This document shows, one piece after another, positions 26,482 through 38,800 of a stretch of DNA of 64,000 nucleotides. The notes beneath the pieces were generated by a model that was given only the letters and a program-made list of their open reading frames with translations, was not told the origin of the DNA and did not search any database. Numbering within the stretch: the first letter of the stretch is position 1; the number at the start of each line of letters is the position of its first letter. The position numbers and the translations under genes are program-made. Origin of the DNA: Octopus vulgaris (Eukaryota). Location of the stretch: positions 11,284,001-11,348,000 of the forward strand of contig OX597839.1 in NCBI GenBank assembly GCA_951406725.2. Direction: 5' to 3'.

Positions 26482-27126
26482 TCGTTTAACGTCTGTTCTC
26501 CATGCTAGCATGGGTTGGACAATTTGGCCGGGCATCTGGGAAGCCAGAAGGCTGCACCAGGCCCCAGTCTGATCTGGCAGAGTTTCTACAGCTGGATGCC
26601 CTTCCTAACGCCAACCACTCCGTGAGTGTAGTGGGTGCTTTTTATGTGCCACCGGCACAGGTGCCAGGCGAGGCTGGCAACGGCCACGATCGGATTGGTG
26701 CATTTTACTTGCCACCGGCACGGAAGCCAGTCGAGGCAGTTCTAGCATTGGCCACGTTCGGATTATTATTATTATTATTATCATTATTTCGCCAGCCTCG
26801 TCTGGCACCTGTGTCGGTGGCACATAAAAAACACCAATCCGAGCGTGGCCGTCTGCCAGCCTCGTCTGGCACCTGTGTCGGTGGCACATAAAAAACACCA
26901 TCCGAGCGTGGCCGTTCGCCAGCCTTGTCTGGCACCTGTGTCGGTGGCACATAAAATCACCCACTACACTCTCGGAGTGGTTGGCGTTAGGAAGGGCATC
27001 CAGCTGTAGAAACACTGCCAGATCTGACTGGCCTGGTGCAGCCTTCGGGCTCCCCAGACCCCAGTTGAACCGTCCAACCCATGCTAGCATGGAAAGCGGA
27101 CATTAAACGATGATGATGATGATGAT
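26479..27126. mobile_element. Two inverted family D copies forming a foldback
   Basis: 26479-26760 is the reverse complement of much of 26788-27126; (ATT)n spacer; ~43-bp internal tandem units. Confidence 0.85.
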
Positions 27127-27739
27127 GATTATTATTATTATTATTATCTTTAGCACACTGGACATTTAGTCTGCCTTTACGTTCCGAGTTCAAATTCGCC
27201 AAGGTCGACGTTACCTTTCAACTCTTCGAGGTCGATGAAATAAATACCAGTTAAGCACTGGGGTTGATTTAATCAATCAGTCCTCTTCCCCAAATTTGCA
27301 GGCCTCATGCCGTCAGTAGAAAGGATTATTATTGTTTTGCATTTAAATCTTGTTGAAGCTGTCTTTGCTTTTCTTGTGTGTGTGTGTGTGTTATGTTTGT
27401 TCTGAACCACTGCGTGATGTCTGGTGATGGTTTGTTTATGTCCCTGTAGCGTTTTCTTTTATCAAAGTGCTAAGTACCAAACTTTAAAAAAAAAAAACAA
27501 GTATAAGGGTCAATTTGTTAGGCTAAAACTCTTCAAGACAGTGCTCCAGCATGGCCACAGTTCAGTAAGTGAAACAAGCAGAAGATAAAAGATATAGTCA
27601 CTCAACTATGGAAGGAGTTGAGTAGGAGAAGGTGTCGTTGGAACTAACTCCTCTCTTTCTCTTTCTGTTATGGAAAATATAAAAAAGTTCAAAAAACACC
27701 ATTGTTTGTAATCTAAGGCTATTCTGCATTACTGCACAG

Positions 27740-28590
27740 TGGTGCTGATAGTGGTGGTGATGATGATGATGGTAGTGATTTTGGTGGCTTTAATGGCGTA
27801 GGTGTTGTGGTGGTGGTGGTGGTGGTTTTAATTATAATGGTACTGATGTTGATGTTGGCAGGAATATTGGTGATGGTGATGGTGATGGTAGTGATTTTGG
27901 TGGTTTTAATGGTGTAGGTGTTCTGGTGGTGGTGGTGGTGGTGGTGGTGGTGTTGATGTTGGTGTTGATATTGGCAGGAATATTGGTGATGTTGGTGTTG
28001 GTATTGTTGAGGATGGTAGTTATGCTAATTGTGTTGCCGCTGTGTTGTTGAGGATGGTGTGGTAGTGGTGGTGGTGGTGTCTGTAGTGGTATTGATGTCA
28101 ACGGTGGTGCTGGCAGCAATGATGATGATTAGTGATGGGGCAGAAGGTGGTTATGTTGTTGGTAGTGGTGCTGGTGATGATGATGACAGTGATGGTGGTG
28201 CTGATAGTGGTGGTAATGATGATGATGGTTGTGATTTTGGTGGTTTTAATGGCATAGGTGTTCTGGTGGTGGTGGTGGTGTTAATCATAATGGTGCTGAT
28301 GTTGATGTTGGCAGGAATATTGGTGATGGTGGTGTCGGTATTGTTGAGGATGGTGTGGTAGTGGTGGTGGTGTCTGTAGTGGTATTGATGTCGACGGTGG
28401 TGCTGGCAGCGATGATGATGACGACGATTAGTGATGGCAGGAGGTGGTTACATTGTTGGTAGATGATGATGGTGACGATGACGGTGTTGTCTGTCAGCGG
28501 TGGTTTTCTTGGCAGTGGTAACGGTGGCGGTATTGTCAGTAGTGGTGGTGATGTCATCGATGGTGGTGTTGGTGGTGGTGGTGGACTGTA
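27740..28590. repeat. (GGT)/(GAT)-rich low-complexity region with internal duplications
   Basis: Blocks such as gattttggtgg.tttaatgg.gtaggtgtt and gttggcaggaatattggtgat recur about three times. Confidence 0.8.
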
Positions 28591-30055
28591 GCTGGGCATG
28601 AAAGCACAAGCTATCCACCACCTCCTCTCTTTTCACAATTGTTATTGCTTTGTTAGCTAACAGCTGTCTTCCTTTCACCCCACCCCGCCCTCACCCCCAC
28701 CCCTCTCTCTTCCATTTTTCACTAACCTTTCAAGTACCAATTCTTTCCTCCAGCCCACTGTGTGCATATCATCTCTGTTTGAACTTTGTATCAGCACTGC
28801 TACAGCTGTGTTGTGGGGTTATCTCATCAATAGTATCTCTGGAGAACCACCAGTACTAGTAGTAGTAGTAGTAGTAGGAGCAGCAGCAGCAGCAGTGATA
28901 GTAGTAGTAGTAGTAGTAGTAGCAGTAGTAGTGCATTGCTTTTTTTCTTCTTCCATACACAACTGACCTAAACTTCAGTGGTTGGTTGTGTGTCTGTGCG
29001 TGTGTGTATGTGTTTGTGTGTGTGTGCGTGTGTCTGTGTGTGTGTGTGTGTGTGTGTTCGTGTGCGTGTGATGAGACACGCTATGCAAGACAATACGAGT
29101 GGTATTAGCATAGCATATTTAAAGTGCTCAGAATCTGACGCCATCACACTTGGTCCATGCTGAGAACATTACTAGCAACTGTTGAATACTAACAAGGTTG
29201 AATTCCCAGGCTTGTACTAAGCATTTTGAACGAGCAAGATGCTGTTGTTTAGCTCTAGTTCAAGGCTGATCAAGCAGGTCTATGATCAGATGTTTTAGCT
29301 GCAACCACTTTCTCTTTCTATAGCTATCTAAGACTACATTATTTAATGGTGTCCATACAGCTTTTTTTTTAAAGAAAGTGCTTTGTGTGATTGCGAAAGA
29401 TTTGGCTGCTATTTCTAGCTGTTTGAATGACACATAGAAGCCTTCTTGTCTTATTTGTGTAGGGTTTATCATCGTCACCATCATCATCATCTCCATCATC
29501 AATGATTTTGTCTTTTATCTCTTACTTGTTTCAGTCATTAGGCTGTGGCCATGCTGGGGCATCACCTTCAAGTATTTTAGCTGAGTGAATTCACCCCTAG
29601 TACTTTTTTTTAAAGCCTGGTGCTTATTTTATTGGTCTCCTTTCTCCAAGCGCTAAGTCATGGACACATAAACACACCAACACTTGTTGTCAAGCAGTGG
29701 TAGGGGACAAACACATACACATATAGAAAGGGCTTCTTTCAGTTTCTATCTACCAAGTCCACTCACAGATTCAGTTTCTATCTACCAAATCCACTCACAA
29801 GGCTTTGGTTGGCCTGAGGCTATATTAGAAGGCACCCAATGGTCACACAGTGAGGTTATACCTAAAACATGTTTGTATAAGTAATAATAATAAATTCCAA
29901 GTAACTTGCAGGAATATTAGCAATAATAAATCTCTGAACGAGGTATAGACAGTAACTGCATGACAATGTGATACACTTTTTCAAGATCAGTGACGAATAG
30001 TTACTGGAAAAAGGATATAAATATTTTCATTGGGACTCCCTTCCATCGAAAACCG

Positions 30056-30114
30056 GTGATTGTCATGCGCTGATGACGGGTCAATACCCAGAAACTGCAG
30101 TCCGTGCGTATCAC
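30056..30114 (+). ncRNA. Type I hammerhead ribozyme candidate with extended stem I
   Basis: GTGAT-tgtca-TGCG-CTGATGA-c-GGGT-caat-ACCC-a-GAAA-CTGCAG-TC-CGTG-cgt-ATCAC; core intact, GUC triplet at 30100-30102. Confidence 0.75.
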
Positions 30115-30458
30115 TTAGGTTGATGAGGGAAGGATGACCTCCCTTTGCAAATACCGATATGGCACAGAAAGTGTGCCTAAAGCCAGCTGGAGGAGATGTT
30201 CTCCTGGGACTACAAGCTACAGTAACATCCACCCTTAGTAGTTAGCCATATTGAGATGGCAAATATACTTCACATTGCAGGAATATTGTTATATAGCAAT
30301 GCCCCAGTATGGCCATAGAGATAGGGCTAGGACTGAAAAAGAGTATACTGGTAAGTTTTGAGAAATATATGTTGGGTTGTAGTATATCAAGGCTCACACA
30401 TACGTGTGTGTTTTGAAATCTTCATAATTACATGTAATAGAAAATTTTCAACCATACT

Positions 30459-30685
30459 TTAACTCGTTAGCATTCAGATTACACTGTCTAATGCAGCACT
30501 TATTTATTCATATTGTTTTGAATTAATTATTCATTCTCATAGTTTTGAGATCATGATAATGTGATTGTTTATCTTTTAAATGACATTGTAGGGTGGGCGT
30601 GGGAGGCTGGATCTGGTTAGTTTGAACACAAAACAGAGAGAATATTTGGATCGGATGTTGTGGGTTTAAATGTTAAAATGTTTAA
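30459..30685 (-). mobile_element. Diverged MITE family P2
   Basis: Reverse-complement similarity to 38573-38800. Confidence 0.6.
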
Positions 30686-31033
30686 AAGTTATGTCAAAAG
30701 CTTGTTCCTGTAATAATTGAGCAGAAAATACCTAAACATGAGTTTGTTTATTCAAATGCTTATAATGTTTTTTATCTGAGGTCAGGTTATTGTGAAAATT
30801 GGCAGTATTACAGAAAAAGACTTCTTCTTTTTAATCTAATTAGCCATTTGTGCTGAAAACAAGGTTGTGCATGTGTAGTTGTTAATTAATTACTTAACAA
30901 TGACTTTAAAAAAACACACATTAAAAAAAAAATGACCTGTGCGCTGTATGTTAAAAAGATTGCTTTCAAGTTACATGGTTCTAGGTTCAATCTCACTGCA
31001 TGGTACCTTACCCAGGTGTCTTCAACTACAGCC

Positions 31034-31516
31034 TTAACCCTTTCATTACTGTATTTATTTTGAGATGCTCTGTGTTTCTTTCAATTAATTTTAAATATAA
31101 CAAAGAATTTAGTAAAATAACTTCATTATCATTAAGCTAGTGTTAGGAACGTAAATTGTGACTAAGGCTTGGTGGAAGATTTGAATTCAAAACTTATGAA
31201 AACAAGACATTTGTACTACAGAACCAGAGGCGGTTTCAGTTGGGTTTGTATCAAAAGGGTTAAGAATTGTTTCTCTATTATATATTTTAACCCTTTTGTT
31301 ACCCATATTTCTGTTGAGATGCTCTGTGTTTCTTTCAATTAATTTTAAATATAACAAAGAATTTAGTAAAATAACTTAGTCATCATTCTGCTTGTGTTAG
31401 GAACATAAATTGTGACTAAGGCTTGGTGGAAGATTTTAATTCAAAACTTATGAAAACAAGACATTTTACCACAGAGCCAGAGCCGGTTTTGGCCAGGTTA
31501 GTAACAAAAGGGTTAA
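31034..31516 (-). mobile_element. Tandem pair of P1 MITEs inserted in a family A SINE
   Basis: Copies at 31034-31263 and 31287-31516, each TTAACCC...GGGTTAA; SINE A sequence on both outer flanks. Confidence 0.85.
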
Positions 31517-31962
31517 GCCAGCCAAAGCCTTGTGGGTAGATATGGTAGACAGAAACTCTGACACTAAAGCTGCCCAGGGTCGCCCACTGATGTAGGTGAT
31601 AAAACTCCCACACCACAGCATAAGCTTTGTTGAGTCACTTGTAACTCTGAGCCATATGCTTCTACCATCCTCGGTGCCCATTCTTGCCACATTGTTTGCC
31701 CTCTCTTTTGAGCCGGATGTAATAGCTTACTTTCTGAGAGCAGTTTTCTTGCAGCATCTTTTGTCTCCTTCACACTTGGTCTAAAATCCCTTAACACCGA
31801 GTGAACCCTGGTTCCAACAAATCCTCTGACACTTATCCCTGCAGGAAGGCATATTCCCTCCCATCCCTTGTTTTCTCAGAGTCCAACCAACTCAGTGTAA
31901 ATGAAGGTGACATGATTTGTGTGGTTTGGTTTCCTGTGGTATAGAACTAACAAGAAAAAATT

Positions 31963-32200
31963 GAAGGCGGTGAGCTGGCAGAAACGTTAGCACACCGGGC
32001 GAAATGCTTAGCAGTATTTCGTCTGCCGCTACGTTGTGAGTTCAAATTCCGCCGAGGTTGACTTTGCCTTTCATCCTTTTGGGGTCGATAAATTAAGTAC
32101 CAGTTACGCACTGAGGTCGATGTAATCGACTTAATACCTATGTCTGTCCTTGTTTGTCCTCTCTGTGTTTAGCCCCTTGTGGGTAATAAAGAAATAGGTA
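31963..32200 (+). mobile_element. Full-length SINE family C
   Basis: 15-bp TSD ggtatagaactaaca at 31938-31952 and 32197-32211. Confidence 0.9.
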
Positions 32201-32714
32201 TAGAACTAACAGGCAGATGCAATGTTGCATAGATTCATAGAATACAGGATAGTCCAGAATTAGTCTAGTAAATAATCCATTGAACCGTACTTGTTTCACT
32301 TAGTCCTCACCCTGCTAATCCACTGTACTACATATGGGTGAAGTCATCATTAGTTACCCAGATAACTCAATCCAGGGCAATTTTATTTCAGTTTTTGAAG
32401 GCTAATGAGGACCAAAATCATATGATCTAATAATCCTGGTGGCAGTAATAGCAGTTAATTGTATGTCACTAGTGATATAAACATGAATGCTTATATGCAC
32501 CAAAGGCCCATACAAGAGGTCCTCTCATGGTAATTAGCACAGTATTTTGTGTTCTAACACAACATCCACTTTTAAGTGGGAATAAATATTATCTTTTATT
32601 ATTAATATTGCTTCTGTCACTATTAATCTATTTTCAGTTTTATGTATTTTAAAATTGTATTTCTTCTGCTTTTGTCTGACAATGATATTTTTAGTGTATT
32701 TCATTGAATTATAA

Positions 32715-32744
32715 TTTCTTTTTTCCTTTATTTTACAGGTAAGT
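32715..32744 (+). promoter_or_regulatory. Candidate recursive splice site (3' splice site abutting a 5' splice site)
   Basis: tttcttttttcctttattttaCAG|GTAAGT: long polypyrimidine tract and CAG immediately followed by a perfect donor, in non-repeat DNA. Confidence 0.55.
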
Positions 32745-33678
32745 ATGAAAATGAAACCAGGCTCCACAAATTCTTGTTGGATTTCTTTCTTTGAAACTTG
32801 GATATTTTACATCCTGGAGGAGATTACCTGTTATTACAACAATTTACTTGCTGCTTATCGGGAAATTTACCTGACTGCTTGGTTATTGTACAGGTTTGGC
32901 TGACATATCTTTTCTATCTCTTTGGTTTCTCAATTGACTTCATGTTTGAAGGTCAAATGGCAGAACAACAATTTGCTTGTTTAAAGTTAAGTTTTTTTGT
33001 TGCTTTTTTTATATTATTCCCCATCCTCTGGTGTTGTGTGTTTCAATTCAAATCTGAAAAATCATTTTCTTTATTTCAAAAAAAGAAAAAAGAAAGAAAA
33101 AGAAAATGGAACAAAAAAAAAAAACTGATGTATTCTTGTAAGGCAGACATCTCGTGTATTTAGCTTGTCTCTTTAGTGTTCATGTCATCCATCTCAGTTT
33201 GGATTTAATCAATTGCCATTAATTCATTCTCATCATGTCAAGTTAGTTTTTCAACATTTTGAAAGTATGTACTGACATGCAATACATAGCTTTACCATTT
33301 CGCAGTCCTATAGAGCCAAGCTTATATATTTATATTTGTCGGAACTTTCAGATGCTACTGAAGACAAGAATACTTGAGTAGAGATCCAACCAGCTTTGTT
33401 ATAGTCATCATCATAATCACCATCATCATCATCTAATGTCCTTCATCCATGCTGGCATGGGTTGGATGGTTTGACAGGAGCTGGCAAGCCAGAGGGCTGC
33501 ACCAAGCTCCACTGTCTGTTTTGGCATGATTTTTACTACTGGATGTTCTCTAATGCCAAAGCTGAGAGAGGAGTCAGAATGACTGTGAACCCAACAGTGG
33601 GGCGTATCTCTATGCCAGTCAGTCAAGTGGCTCTTTTCTCAATGGTGTCTAAGAGGTTTGTGTATGCAGCAGCAGCAG

Positions 33679-34062
33679 CGGAGGCGCAGTGGTCCAATGG
33701 TTAGGGCTGTGGACTCGCGGTCGGAGGATTGCGGTTTCGATTCCCAGACCGGGCGTTGTGTGTGTTTATTGAGCGAAAACACCTAAAGCTCCATGAGGCT
33801 CTGGCAGGGGGGGGGGGGCGACCCCTGTTGTACTCTTTCGCTCCCACTTTCTCTCACTCTTTCTTCCTGTTTCTTGTCCCCGACTTCCTACACAACCACT
33901 GAGCCTGGATGCGCATTCATCCATCCGTCGATGCTCTCGGTGTCGGGGGTTGACCTGCTTTCTCTTCTGCGGGTCTTACGAATAGCAAAGGACCACGTTT
34001 CGGACTCTCCCATCTTGCGATCTCTGGGACGAAGACCGTTCGCTCAACAACAACAGCAACAG
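33679..34062 (+). mobile_element. SINE family B head with body type 3 and a (CAA/CAG)n tail
   Basis: Head as in other family B copies, then an unrelated CpG-rich body ending cgttcgctcaacaacaacagc. Confidence 0.7.
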
Positions 34063-34065
34063 CAG

Positions 34066-34260
34066 TGCTGTTCCAGATGTAGGAACAATATTCCACTGTT
34101 GGCCTCACTTCAACTTTACAGTGTCGACTGCTGCAGGATGAAGTATCTTCCAGCTGCTGAAGGAAAGGGGGACAGTTATTGGGAAACAGTCTTAACTGTA
34201 TTCAAAATGAGCCCTTTACTGGGAGAGATCGTTTGGTGATACTGTAAGGCTCACTTTTGG
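34066..34260 (-). pseudogene. Decayed CR1/Jockey-group LINE RT fragment
   Basis: Minus-strand peptide VRPTVEYCSYIWN resembles the RPxLEYCSxIW motif. Confidence 0.5.
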
Positions 34261-34431
34261 AGTAATTGTGAGGGCACTAGTTACCTGCTGCTCATGACCA
34301 AGCGGATGTGGTATGTGATATGATGATGTTTTTTGATGTGGGTTGAGAAGGAATGGGTCTACAACCCAGGAAAAGAAGACCCAGCAGAAGCAGAAGGGTG
34401 GGTTCAGATTAATGTTGTTAATGATGTAGAC

Positions 34432-34632
34432 CAGTGCTTTTCAAACTTTTTACTGCAGCGGAACCCCAAGGAAACATTCCACTGGCTCGAGGAACCCCTG
34501 TGCAATAATTTAATAGTCTTATGCACACATATCTGCACAGGAGAATTAAAAATTACTGCCGATTTTAGCGGTTTTATAACTTCTTGCGGAACCCCTGGAC
34601 TGTACTGGCGGAACCCTGGTTGAAAACCACTG
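34432..34632 (+). mobile_element. hAT (Charlie-like) MITE
   Basis: TIRs cagtgcttttcaa / ttgaaaaccactg; 8-bp TSD atgtagac at 34424-34431 and 34633-34640. Confidence 0.9.
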
Positions 34633-34862
34633 ATGTAGACACTTAATTATGATGCCATGTAATGGAATTGAACTGAAAACCCCTAGAAACACATGATTGC
34701 AAAGGGATTTTTATAACCATCCAGTCATGTTGTGTTTATTTCACATGACCCCAGAACCCGAAATGTTATCCTTCACCCCCTCCCAACCACTTCTATATGT
34801 TCACCTAGAGTTTAATTCCGAGTGTTTATTGACAAAAGAAACAAAATACTGTTTTTATTTAG

Positions 34863-34972
34863 TTTCTGCTGCCATGATGAGTGGATCGGTGTTAGCGCCG
34901 ATAAATGTCTTACAAACAGTTATTTAACCCTGAACATTCTTACTTGGCGTCATCATTGATGTTTTCTGAAAG
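34863..34972 (+). other. Candidate 110-nt exon or structured element
   Basis: ttttatttAG acceptor and AAG|GTTAGC donor; unique sequence; one frame reads SAAMMSGSVLAPINVLQTVI*. Confidence 0.3.
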
Positions 34973-35825
34973 GTTAGCGTTCGCTTGTGTTGGTTAGGTT
35001 TAGCGGTGTGTGTGTGTGTGTAGCTCTTCTATAGCACTGTTTTGTGTTGTTTAGGTATAATGCATGCCAGTGTGTGTGTGTGTTTATGGCACTTCTAATG
35101 ATTCAATTGTGTTGGTTAGGTGCATTACATGTGTATAGGTAAGTGCATGCATGAATGAGCGTGTGGGGAAGAGTGAGAGAGACCGAGTGAGCTTGTGTGT
35201 GTGTAGCTGCTATCTACTATCTCTGATCTTGTACTCTGGTTTACAGTGTTACAGAGTGTATCAGCAATACCTGAAGGAATGTTCTTTCTTATTACATTTG
35301 CCTTTTTTTTTATATATTTGTCGTAGGTTGTAGTTGTTGTTTTTCAAATGTTCTTTCTATTTCTTTCCTTTCTGTTTTTTTTTTCCCCCTTTTCTTTTCT
35401 TTTTTTTTCTTTCATCCTTTCTGAGATTGTTCTTTAGATGTGTTCAGTACATTTCATGGCACATAACAGAACAACTGCAACAAGCAGACCTTTGGAATCT
35501 GTGGTTTTTCAGCACTGGCACCAGCTGTCATCTTTACAAATATATTTATTTATATATGTGTATATATATATGTATTGCTGTGCTGTGTTTTGTTACGTTG
35601 TTACGTGTTTATATTATACACAAGGCTATAAAATCTGACAAACATGCACACGCACAAAACCTTTGTACACATACACACACGTTTACAATGAAGCAAACAT
35701 TTAATTTTTCAATATGCTTCTGAACAACCACACACACCCATATATGTGCACCCATGCATGAATATACCTACCCTAATATAAATTAATCTGTACATATATT
35801 CTCACTCTCTCACACACATCCTCTT

Positions 35826-35856
<31 letters not shown>

Positions 35857-35866
35857 GTGTGTGTGT

Positions 35867-36165
35867 GTGGAGGTGCAATGGCCCAGTGGTTAGGGCAGCG
35901 GCCTTGCAGTCGTAGGATCGTGGTTTCTATTTCCTGACCGGGCATTGTGAGTGTTTATTGAGCAAAAACACCTAAAGCTCCACGAGACTCCGCCAGGGGG
36001 TGGTGGCGATTCCTGCTGTACTCTTTCACCACAACTCTCTCTCACCCTTTCTTCTGTTGGCTTGCTCGCTTAGCCAGCGGGGTGGCGTCATTTGAAGGCT
36101 AAAACAATGTGAAGCGCATTGTGACCAGCGATGTGTAGCAACATCTGATAGCCTGGTCAGTCACG

Positions 36166-36170
<5 letters not shown>
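35867..36170 (+). mobile_element. SINE family B, body type 1
   Basis: tggaggtgcaatggcccagtggttagggcagcgg head; tail gaaggctaaaacaatg...cacggtgat into (TA)n. Confidence 0.9.
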
Positions 36171-36210
<40 letters not shown>

Positions 36211-37165
36211 TTACATATATATATATTTACATATATACAGACAGACAGTCATATGTATAACTCCACATGCAGTTGCACAAATATACTCACACATGTACAC
36301 ACCTACAGACACATTTGCTAACACCTATCTCAGTTTAATATGAGAAAAGTACAATAGTTATGTATTTCTTATTAAACTTAAGGGGTTTGTGGCTCTGAAA
36401 GCAAATGCTGTATTTACTTCTCATTTCCACAGCTAAAACTGGGGCCCTATAAGAGATCTGTTGGCTGACTGCACTTGCATCTTTGGCGCCTTCCTAGGTG
36501 GTCCCGCACCGCACATTGTGCTACGGTGTTTAACATGAGAAGAGAAATTCTGTTGTAAGACCATCTGTTTTTGAAACCTACAAACCTATCCAACCCCCAT
36601 GCCGGTGCATGGTATGATGTGTGTATGATGAGAAAGTGACATATGTTTAGATCTTCCTCTTGTGAATCTTATCATTTGGTCTTATACCAGCCAAACATAT
36701 CTTTTACATTAAGAATGGTAAGCTGGCTGGTGGAGATCTTGACTCATAATGTGGGAACGAAGTATGCTTAGTGGGTGCAAACTCAGCTCCAAACTTTTCT
36801 ACAAACAAGGTAAATTTTTTCAGTCTTAATATCAAAACAAATACAGGTATAATAATTATAATCATTATCATCATCATTTTGGTATCGACAAAATAAGAAC
36901 CAGTTGATGCCTATGCCTGGAGTTGATTTGACTTACCCACTTCTCCAAACCTACTGGCCTTGTGCCAAAATTTGAAACCATCGTATAAACTGTGTTGTTT
37001 CTCTGCAATCTTTTGCCCCCTTAAAAATATCCACACTAGGGTGGTTGACAGGAAGAGCATCAGACCATAGGAAATCTACCTCAACAAATTTTCATCTGAC
37101 CCAAGCTTCCATGTAAAACAATACATTAATGCAGTGATGATGGCAATGCTATACTGACACATCTT

Positions 37166-37199
<34 letters not shown>

Positions 37200-37324
37200 G
37201 AATATCATATACATAACTTACCACACATACACACACACACACACAGACATACACATATATGTATTTTCTTTGAAGAATCTTAGTTAATTTTTTTGTGTAT
37301 GTACATCTCCCTACATTCTCAAGT

Positions 37325-37350
37325 GGATATATATACTATATATACATATG

Positions 37351-37408
<58 letters not shown>

Positions 37409-37434
37409 ATATATACATATATACATATATATAT

Positions 37435-37480
<46 letters not shown>

Positions 37481-37505
37481 CATATATACATATACATATA
37501 TACAA

Positions 37506-37542
<37 letters not shown>

Positions 37543-37560
37543 TTATATATACATATATAC

Positions 37561-37606
<46 letters not shown>

Positions 37607-37696
37607 ATGTATATATGTATATATAAATACATATATACATATACATATATACATATATCTATATACATATATATATATATATACATATATATATAC

Positions 37697-37737
<41 letters not shown>

Positions 37738-37860
37738 CATATATATATATACATACATACATACATACATATATATATATATATACATACATACATACAT
37801 ATATATATATACAACACGCACACACCCACATATATATATATACACATGCACATACATACT
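37325..37860. repeat. Long (TA)n/(TACA)n microsatellite
   Basis: Seen directly; source of the YI-repeat ORFs. Confidence 0.95.
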
Positions 37861-38572
37861 GTGTATAGAGTAAAAAAAAAAAAGAATCTGCACACACAGA
37901 CACACACACACAGAGTTAAAATCTATAATGGAATCTATATTGTATTTTTTTCTTCTTCTACTTTTCTATATTCGCTTTCTTTAACAGTTGCAGTCTTTTA
38001 GAAAGTTCCACAGTCTTTCGTCGGAATACATTTTGCAATGTTTATCATTGATACGCTTTTATAAAACAGTATTGTAAATGTCTAATGGTTTTGGGAATTG
38101 ATTGCAGGCTTTCCATTATAGATTCTTACTGTTTGCTGTGTTTTATCTGCAGGAACCAATGTCTGTCTGTCTGATAGAGATGATTGGTAGCATTAGTCGT
38201 TGTTGTTGTTGTTTAACCCCAGGTCAGCCTTGATTCAGCAGACATATGATCATAGCCATTCCATCCATATTCATCTTGTTTTATTGTTAGGTGGCATAAT
38301 GCATCTAAGACTTCATTATTCAATGTGTTGCTTTTTTTTTATAAAAAAGGGGAAAAATATGACAGCTGTGGATAGGTTGAAAGTGATACAATTGCATAGA
38401 GCATGGGTTTCAACAGCAAGCCCTATGACCCTTTGGGTTCCATATAAGACATGCTTTTGTTAAAATATATGTGCAACAAACTGGTTATACTTCTTCAATA
38501 CACCAAATATCTTAATCTTTTTTTTTTATGCAATTCCTAATATTTTAATTCTAGAAATATAATGGCTTTTTT

Positions 38573-38800
38573 TTAACCCTTTAGCATTTAAACCGGCCAT
38601 ATCCAGCCAAAAGTATTCTGCCTGTTTTATGTTCAAACTGGCCAGATCTGGTCTCTCACACCAACCCTACAATATCATTTTAAAAATTAACAGCTACCTC
38701 ATCAAAATCTCAAAGCTACAAGATAATGCACGACTAGTTCAAAACAATGTGGATGAAGAAGCATAATTTTGGTAGAATAATGCTAACACCAAAGGGTTAA
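38573..38800 (+). mobile_element. MITE family P2 (piggyBac-like), probably nested in a decayed hAT element (~38400-38881)
   Basis: TTAA|CCCTTT...AAAGGG|TTAA ends. Confidence 0.85.

Noticed and set aside
27832-28678. Mucin-like or Gly/Val-rich ORFs
   Set aside because: Translations of (GGT)/(GAT) low-complexity DNA, with stops between the duplicated blocks.
36443-36540. Possible HDV-like ribozyme in a GC-rich patch
   Set aside because: A P4-like hairpin is present, but I could not build P1 and P1.1 pairings.
37293-37911. Long YI/CV/HT-repeat ORFs here and at 48646-49239, 54043-54513 and elsewhere
   Set aside because: Translations of dinucleotide microsatellites.
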